Of a stretch of 16,393 bases of DNA, positions 8,902 to 16,393 are shown piece by piece (position 1 is the stretch's first letter; each line of letters starts with the position of its first letter). The notes under the pieces are model-generated. The model saw only the letters and a list, made by a program, of their open reading frames with translations, ran no database searches and was not told the DNA's origin. The stretch spans positions 2,465,910 through 2,482,302 of the forward strand of contig JANKJI020000004.1 of the NCBI GenBank assembly GCA_024626585.2, in the 5' to 3' direction. Both the position numbers and the translations under genes were made by a program. Source of the DNA: Ginkgo biloba (lineage: Eukaryota; Plantae; Ginkgophyta).

Positions 8902-10339
8902 ATGGATCCTCATAAAAAGATGATCTGTGTATTGCATGTTTATCCATGTCTACTATTTCTGCTCTGGATTGTTTCAGGCGTTGCACATGCAGTTGATGTA
9001 ATTGTTGAAGGCTACAATCCGTCTGAAAGAAGCGCCCTGCGGACCTTGATAGATAATCTGAAAAACAATGGAAACTTGCATTCAAATTGGACTGGACCAC
9101 CTTGCCATAATAGCCAAAGTCAGTGGATAGGGGTCGTGTGTTTCGATTGGAATGTTACAGAGTTGGTTTTAGATAATATGGGGCTTATAGGATCAATTCA
9201 AGAGAATGCACTGTTAAACCTGACACAATTGAAGAAACTCAGTTTAATGAACAATGACTTTTATGGANNNNNNNNNNNNNNNNNNNNNNNNNNNNNNNNN
9301 NNNNNNNNNNNNNNNNNNNNNNNNNNNNNNNNNNNNNNNNNNNNNNNNNNNNNNNNNNNNNNNNNNNATGGACCTGTGCCAAATCTGTCTACACTTGTGG
9401 ATTCGGAGGCCATTTATTTATCTGGGAATCGTTTCACAGGGCCTATATCTGACTCTGCTTTTCAAAACATGATGTCTTTGAGGAAGCTTTGGCTGAATGA
9501 TAATACTCTGACAGGCTCAATCCCTTCATCTCTTGTCAATTTAAATGAATTGAGGGAGGTACAACTTCAGGACAACGATCTTACTGGAACAATCCCTCTT
9601 TTCAATCAGGCAACCCTCAAAGTATTCAATGTATCCAACAACAATCTGGAAGGACGGATTCCAGATACTCCTGTTGTGCAGTCTTTCAGTGAAAATTCTT
9701 TTCTCGGGAACCCTGGCTTATGCGGCAGACCGCTGTCTACTCCATGTGTGACTCCAATCCCCGCACCATCTTGTTCTCCAACTCCTGCACCATGGAATTC
9801 CGGGAAAAAATCAAAAATTTGGACCATAACTGAAATTGTGGTGCCGAGCATTGCAGCTTCAATAATCATAACTGTTATTTTCTTCTGGTACTACCGAAGG
9901 ATGTACGCAAAGAAACCAACCCAAAAGAGTACTTCCTCCAACAAAGGTGAAAAGAAGGAACAGCCGTCGACCTCTACTTCAGGCGATGTGGTGATTTCGC
10001 AAGGGGAGAAGATCAGTAAAACTAAGCTTGTATTTTACAGCGCTGAACAACCTACCTTTGATCTTGATGATCTTCTCCGGGCATCTGCAGAACTGCTGGG
10101 GAAAGGAAACTTTGGGAGTACATATAAAGCAGTGCTTGAAACAGGTTCGTGTATTGTTGTGAAACGGCTTAGAGAACTTGACAATTTGGGGAAGAAGGAA
10201 TTCGAGCAGCAGATGCAGCTTCTTGGTAAACTTAGGCACGCCAATCTGGTTCCGATGATAGGCTATTATTATGCCAAGGAGGAGAAGCTACTAATTTACA
10301 ACTATATGCCTAATGGGAGTTTATTTGAACATCTACACG
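8902..10339 (+). CDS. Exon 1 of LRR receptor-like kinase, subfamily LRR-III (pollen receptor kinase / 'probable inactive receptor kinase' type); interrupted by N-run 9268-9367
   Basis: Signal peptide; LRRNT cap LHSNWTGPPC..WIGVVC; about five plant-type LRRs (LSLMNNDFYG, IYLSGNRFTG, LWLNDNTLTG, VQLQDNDLTG, FNVSNNNLEG); GNPGLCG cap; Pro-rich linker; TM IVVPSIAASIIITVIFFWYY-RR. Then FDLDDLLRASAELLGKGNFGSTYKA (diagnostic of LRR-III), VVKRL and EEKLLIY. Donor CACG|GTAAG after LFEHLHG; the ORF-track tail past 10339 is intron read-through. Confidence 0.93.
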
Positions 10340-12261
10340 GTAAGATTCCACAAATGTCATGTTTTAAATTGGAGAATTATTGCTTTAAAAGAAAAATATT
10401 CAAAAATTCTAAAAATAGGAAGATATATTTTACATTTTGGTGTTCAATTCAAGTCTAAAAATAGGTTATAAGGAAGAAAAACATAGGAATTAAATCCTAT
10501 TCTGCCTAATGAATTAGGTGCATTTTCTCCATGAGAAGTAACATAATTTTCTACATTTTGGATTTGATTTAGTCGTTTGCAAGCAGATGAATTCAACTTA
10601 CAAGCTACTGATCAGTCTCTTTGTTTATCAATCCTATAATATAGATAACTTAAAATTACTTTTGTAGAAATTTAGCCTAATGATCATCCCGACTGCTGAA
10701 TTGTTCCAGTTCATGATCAATGTCTTTTGTCACTAGATTGGTAACGTAGTTACACTTGTCCTTGTACACCTGAACATAAAACCACGCTGTGATAATCTTC
10801 TTCACATCATGAAGGCTTAATTTCTGTTGTCAAGGCTTGATTTCTGTTCGGTAGCAAACATTTGTGTTTTTCCATCTGGATAGCATGAAAATAGTTTCTA
10901 TTCCACATGGAAACATTATGTTTGTTCCTAGTCAAACGTATGGCCATTCTTCATTCTCTTTTTTAATATCGATCAAAACACTTCCACCATTCTTTTTTCC
11001 CACTTTCCTCTCGGAATTTTAATTGCCAAGATTGATGAAATAGAATCTATTTTCAAGAGACATTTTCAACCTCAAATGAGAGAAAGAGTTAATTGTAGCA
11101 GGCTGCTTATAATCACGATTCTTTCCATTTTCTACGCTGTTTTGTTCACTTCTTAAGTTGTTATGATAAAACTATTAAGATCTAATGTACTCTGCAGAAG
11201 GGATTAAGAAAGACCAAAAACACTACTGATCGTGTCCAGTCTATTATCCTTCATTCCATATATTCTGACAAAAGATCTAATGTTAGAACAAAGTAAAAAC
11301 AGTTTTTAATGTCAAAGTAAAAACCTTTCTTATTGGTATATTGGGATTTTATAGAGTTTCAGTTGCTTTGTCTTTCAAAAATTGGTTTTAGCGTTGNNNN
11401 NNNNNNNNNNNNNNNNNNNTAATATCTCCTATTTTTCTAGCCTGTTACTTGTCTAACCTTGTTTTAGTTTATTCTGTTCTAGGCTTCTAGCAGTTTTTAT
11501 TTCTAGGAGTATCACGACTGCTTCGATAAAAAAGGACGGTGTAGGGTATGCACAACAAAAACATATAAACCTAAAAACTTCCGTTCAGAATTCACACGGT
11601 TTGCACGTAATATTTTTCCCTTTCACTTATCTGAAAAGAATTTTTCCCAANNNNNNNNNNTAATGTTCTCTTTACAATCTCCGACAGATGTCCAATCAGA
11701 TAAGACTTGAAAATTGTTATGTTAACAAATTATTTTTCCCGATATTGATAATCTGAAATTTATCTGTTCATGTGGATCATTGATGTCGTTCAGTTAATAT
11801 TAAGCGATGAAGGTTTTGACATTGGTTGAATTTTGGGCTATGGAAAAAGTTTTAAGGGAGACTCCATAGAAAAATTTGGTCTGAAAAGGTATATTTTCGA
11901 AAACAATAGGCTATTAAACAGCAACTCATTGATATCGAATCTCGATGAAAGATATTTACCCCAAACTATTAGCAACAGTCAGAGGAAATCTACAATTGTT
12001 ATTGTGTGCTTCCCATTTTAGGTCGACATATGCATGAAATTTCATAATTNNNNNNNNNNNNNNNNNNNNNNNNNNNNNNNNNNNNNNNNNNNNNNNNNNN
12101 NNNNNNNNNNNNNNNNNNNNNNNNNNNNNNNNNNNNNNNNNNNNNNNNNTAATTGTTATGATAAAAATTGTTTGAAAACAATAAATTTTCAAGGCAGTTC
12201 AGTGTGCTTTATATTAAGCAAAATCATACTAAACTACTCGAATTAACGTCATGTTTTGCAG
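10340..12261 (+). other. Phase-1 GT-AG intron of the receptor kinase (1922 nt as displayed, contains three N-runs)
   Basis: GTAAG donor and ttttgcAG acceptor. Splicing joins HLH-G-NRGPGRILLDW in frame at the intron position typical of LRR-III genes. Confidence 0.88.
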
Positions 12262-12911
12262 GCAACCGAGGTCCTGGTCGAATACTTCTCGACTGGAAAT
12301 CTCGTCTTAAGATTGCTCAAGGTATGGCTCGAGGGTTGGCCTACTTGCACCGCCAATGCGAATATCAAAAAACCCCCCACGGCAACCTGAAATCTTCCAA
12401 CATTCTTCTGGGCGAAAATTGCGAACCATATCTCTCAGATTACGGCCTTGAACCTCTCGTCGGTGCTCATATTGCAGCGCAACGGATAACGGCATATGGA
12501 GCACCCGAGTATCTGCAGAGCAAAAAAATATCTCAAAAGGCCGACATTTGGAGCTTCGGAATTCTCCTCCTAGAGCTCCTTACAGGCAAACTTCACCGCC
12601 ATTCCAATCTCCCGCATAACCACCAGGCGATTGATCTTCCTCTTTGGGTAAACTCTGTTTCTAGAGACCAATGGAAATCTGAGATTTTTGACTTGGAGAT
12701 CGTTGTTTCCGAAGACGCGGAGGGACAGATGCTACGAATGTTTCAGATTGCTTTGACTTGCACAGAAAACACCCCCGATAAGCGTCCCAAGATGAGCATA
12801 TTATTGGGTGAAATTGAGGCGATTAGAGAATCAGATGAAGGAAAAGACAATCCCTCAACAGGGTCAGAGGGAAAAGTTTCTTCCTATTTCTCCTCCAAAA
12901 GCCACTCGTGA
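12262..12911 (+). CDS. Exon 2 of LRR-III receptor-like kinase (kinase C-lobe, atypical HGN/DYG motifs)
   Basis: LDWKSRLKIAQGMARGLAYLH, PHGNLKSSNILL (HGN replaces HRD), LSDYGL, APEY, KADIWSFGILLLELLTGK, DKRPKM; stop TGA at 12909-12911. The spliced product is 660 aa if the 100 N plus one ATGGA copy are removed. Confidence 0.93.
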
Positions 12912-15806
12912 TTAATAGTGGCCACGCCAAAGGTGAATATCATTACAAAAAGAAACAATATTTCAGTCGGCAACATATATAATTTTATTAATCGACTCCA
13001 ATGAAACACAAGTTGAACAATGGAATTACATGAGGCCACACAAAAAGCACTAAATGTCCCTGCACCACTTCTAAGTTCTTTGTGCCTCTTTGAGGTAGCT
13101 AGCCAATTATGTATTTGTTGGATTTGTAATTCTTGGCTCCAAGATTCATTGGAGGACTAGTTTGCGAATGTTTACCAGAAATCCACATATATGGGATCGA
13201 ATTAGATTCTGTACTAATATCCTATAACATATTGTTTTGGCGGTAATTAGTACTGCTAGAGTTTGAATAAGAGCACTGCTTTGAGGGCGATTCAATTAAT
13301 TTCATTAACACGACGGGTTGTCTTTGCCCATACGATAATCGTATACAATGTTTTCCGTTTTAAAGCATTGAGATTCTTGTCAATATGTTGGTTATACTGA
13401 TTTGTAACAATATGACCAGATCACGTATTTACGTATACTAAAAGGGAACACTTACCATATTCTGCTGGAGTTAGATTTAATTAAACCGTCTAAATAATCT
13501 CTTTCAATATACTGCTGGTGTTAGTATTAATCAAACTGTCTACATAATGAATCTGTTTCACAGTCCACTGTGACGACTAAAATTCTTGTGCGGGTGGACT
13601 AATTTTGTTACATTTAAAATGGTCTTTGAAGGCAAAGGGACTACGTATCCTACAATTTTCTTAGGCGAAATTCTCGAGTTTGATCTGATCTCTCGTGAGG
13701 GACATTGTTGATTATACCTCGCGACTCCCTTTTTTTTTTTGCTTCGACACTATACATTCATGTGTTCCAACCATTGCTTACTAGTTCTTCATCCTTGTTC
13801 ATGTTGTCTAATTACGAAATTGTTCCTAGGTTTGTTGTCATAACTTCATTCACCTCTATTTTTCTGGCACTTTCCATTGGCATCATCACTTTCCCCATGC
13901 TTGTTTTTTGCCCTTCATATGTTTTCTTTCAAGCTTGTGGCCATGTTTGCAGGAAAATTGCAGACGATGTTTGAGACAGTGGGATAATCTAGTACCCTTG
14001 GCATTTTAGATCTCTGGTTGGTCTCATTGTAACTTGCTTTACAAACCACCGTAGTGTCATGTCATGATGTATAACAAAAATTCACAGGTATTTGATATTC
14101 GAAGATTCCAAAACAAATTATTTTAATCTCCATTTTTAAATTGGTCCAATTCAAGTTGTTGCAGTTTTTACCCCTTTCATTTGGGGAGTTGCCAATTCTA
14201 TTCGTTTCTATTCTTAGACAGTTCTATTTATGTAAGTCATAAAAATGGTCCTTTTTCAAAGGTTTAAATTGCTAGGGTTTCAATATACCAAGTAGACCCA
14301 TGTCCAAAGGTTATTTACAAGAGTTTTTGTTCATGTCTTTATGCAAAGATGTGTCATCCTATGTTTAGTGTGGAGCCAATGCACAACCCTCAATAATGGA
14401 TATAAAATCTAATGAAGGTTCTATGGATTTTCATGGGGGTTGTGTAAGAATTCGAACTACATGAACAACACAAAATAGAAGCAATCACAGAAACCGTNNN
14501 NNNNNNNNNNNNNNNNNNNNNNNNNNNNNNNNNNNNNNNNNNNNNNNNNNNNNNNNNNNNNNNNNNNNNNNNNNNNNNNNNNNNNNNNNNNNNNNNNTCC
14601 CTCTCTATGACAACAACATCCCTCTCCTTTGTTACCTAATATATAGATGAATCTCTATCCATATATGTTTGGGATACCTAATATGAACCTATCTACAATT
14701 AGCCACCTCCATTAGAAGTTGCACTGGATAAAATCCTAAAAATAACTTTAGAAATAACTTGTACTACCTCTCCAATCAAATGTTACAATCCATAAACTTC
14801 CTAAGGTATGTAAACCTACACAAAATCATGTAATATAGGTTTAACTACAAGTGGTCATGGAGGTAGCAGTAATCTTCTCAACCTACATCAACTCTCTAGA
14901 TAATTATGTTGTCTACCCCCTATGTATCCATGATAAGGTCAATGACTAGTGAAATCCATTATATTCTACAAGATAGCATATACATATAGTTTTCTTCTGA
15001 AGTATGCCAAAATATGTATGNNNNNNNNNNNNNNNNNNNNNNNNNNNNNNNNNNNNNNNNNNNNNNNNNNNNNNNNNNNNNNNNNNNTAAAACATTAGAT
15101 GATTATACCTCGTGATGGAAAAAGTAACATTGTAATGATGTGGGTAATCCTCTCAATACTAAAAAATAGATATAAGCATGTCATACAACATGAATCTATA
15201 CATCTTCGAATATATAAGTGTTGGACAGCCATTAATTCTATCATTAAATTTCTATATAAACTCATCTATATCATAAGCATAGGTAGCAAGAGTTTGTAGT
15301 GACCCAATGATGTTACTAACATAAACCTAGATCTGAGCAACACTATGCCTTAGTGATTGAATTTCACATGATATTATAGATCAATCATAATCAAAGTCCA
15401 TTAATACAAGCTAAAGAATATGCATGTGATTACAACCTACAACATCATCTAACATCTAATTATATATTCCCTTCTGTCATGGGCCCATGTGTATCATCCT
15501 ATGTAGCATACCCTACAATAGTAGATGGCCTTCTACTACCCTATGCACCAACACTAGATGTTATGGCCTCCTAACTTTGACCCTAACCAACTATCTCGCT
15601 AAACATAAGCATAAGAGTGTCCCTAGACATGATGGTATATTCAGATCAAAATCAAAGGTTCATTAATTAAATTATGATAATTAAAATTTTGGTATCACTT
15701 CATTGCAAATTTCTTACCTCATTGTCACTTTCTCTCTCCCTAAGAAGTGAAAATGACTCTAAATAAAAAAATGGGATTGTTTAAAGAGGGTGAAATTCTT
15801 AAGGGG

Positions 15807-16305
15807 ACCTCGATGAAGGTACATAATTTGACCTCGATTGAGGCCTAACTATACCTTGATCAAGATGTATGGGACTCAATCAAGGTGCTATAATTTCACA
15901 TGGGCTTGATGATGTTATCATCCATTAGGACCTCAATCAAGGTCTTTGTATTATGTGAATCTTTCTTTTGGAGATATACTCACTAAGAAGCACATCAATC
16001 GAGGTTAATGACATCTCAATAAAGGAAATGCATGCCTTGATCAAGGTCTATAATACCTCGATTAAGGAAATATGGGTGTTCTCACCTTGATTGAGATTAT
16101 TGCATTATGGGAAAAATCTCGATTGGCGTATGCATTATTGCAGACACCTTAATTGAGGCCTTTACATTATGGGAAGAATCATGATTATGGTGCACACTAG
16201 TACAAATACCTTGGTCAATATCTATTAATTATGATATAATCTCAATCATGGTATGCAAAACCTCAATTGAATCTTTTTCATTTTAGGAAAAATCTCGATT
16301 ATTGA
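15807..16305. repeat. Array of ~18 degenerate 14-bp palindromes, consensus ACCTCGATCGAGGT, partly in a 61-62-nt higher-order unit
   Basis: Copies start at 15807, 15831, 15853, 15873, 15903 (weak), 15930, 15992, 16013, 16034, 16055, 16084, 16116, 16146, 16178, 16208, 16239, 16260 and 16292. Many deviations are CG>TG/CA. Confidence 0.8.
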
Positions 16306-16393
16306 TGCAGGAGCATCCAGCGCTTTTGAAGCGCAGGTGGCTGACACCGTCGACGGAGGGAGAACAGATGTCGGAGATGTCCTGGCAATTCAT
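16303..16393. mobile_element. Possible terminus of a younger inserted element (LTR-like TG start)
   Basis: Abrupt switch at TGATGCAGG from the CpG-depleted AT-rich array to GC- and CpG-rich sequence, cutting the last palindrome. It runs off the window. Confidence 0.35.

Noticed and set aside
967-12246. ORFs spanning N-runs (967-1188, 995-1231, 4029-4331, 4051-4236, 4064-4258, 5409-5711, 9254-9472, 11956-12246)
   Set aside because: They reach the length threshold only because N codons contain no stops.
8822-12504. Minus-strand ORFs 8822-9100, 9606-9869, 9979-10239, 10035-10244, 12307-12504
   Set aside because: Antisense shadows of the kinase exons, with no independent motifs.
13709-15112. 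Exact 13-mer tgattatacctcg at 13709 and 15100 (both ORFs begin IIPRD)
   Set aside because: Similarity does not extend meaningfully beyond the match. A 13-mer match is expected by chance in 16 kb of AT-rich DNA.
14598-15640. Possible decayed gag-like coding remnant on the minus strand (IDEFI.KF, LRGLPTSLQ fragments)
   Set aside because: Fragments are too short and broken to support a call without a homology search.
15807-16305. CRISPR-like appearance of regularly spaced palindromes
   Set aside because: Repeats are only 14 bp and highly degenerate, spacers are short and partly repeated, there are no cas genes, and the context is plant nuclear DNA.

Overview
Eukaryotic plant nuclear DNA, AT-rich and full of decayed transposons. 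The repeat style suggests a large gymnosperm-type genome, but that is inference only. It contains many N-runs, most of exactly 100 N and so of unknown true length. Two spliced genes lie head-to-head. (1) Minus strand: a secreted chimeric protein with signal peptide, extensin-like Pro-rich repeats, a 10-Cys linker and a Root_cap/LEA-like domain (exons 6853-6259 and 6149-<5636; 3' end lost in an N-run). (2) Plus strand: an LRR-III / pollen-receptor-kinase-like atypical receptor kinase (exons 8902-10339 and 12262-12911). Its first exon is split by an N-run flanked by a perfect 5-bp duplication (ATGGA), which looks like a hidden retrotransposon insertion. Its proximal promoter is a ~175-nt degenerate tandem repeat carrying three P1BS motifs. 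The flanks hold a decayed Ty3/gypsy (Tat-like) pol, a 443-bp colinear direct repeat pair, a probable fossil gag zinc knuckle, possible LTR termini and an array of ~18 CpG-decayed palindromes. I see no prokaryotic system, CRISPR array or RNA gene. No clearly new biological system can be proven from sequence alone. The best candidates are the divergent wall-protein/receptor pair and a possible Asp-Pro self-cleavage site in the Root_cap protein.
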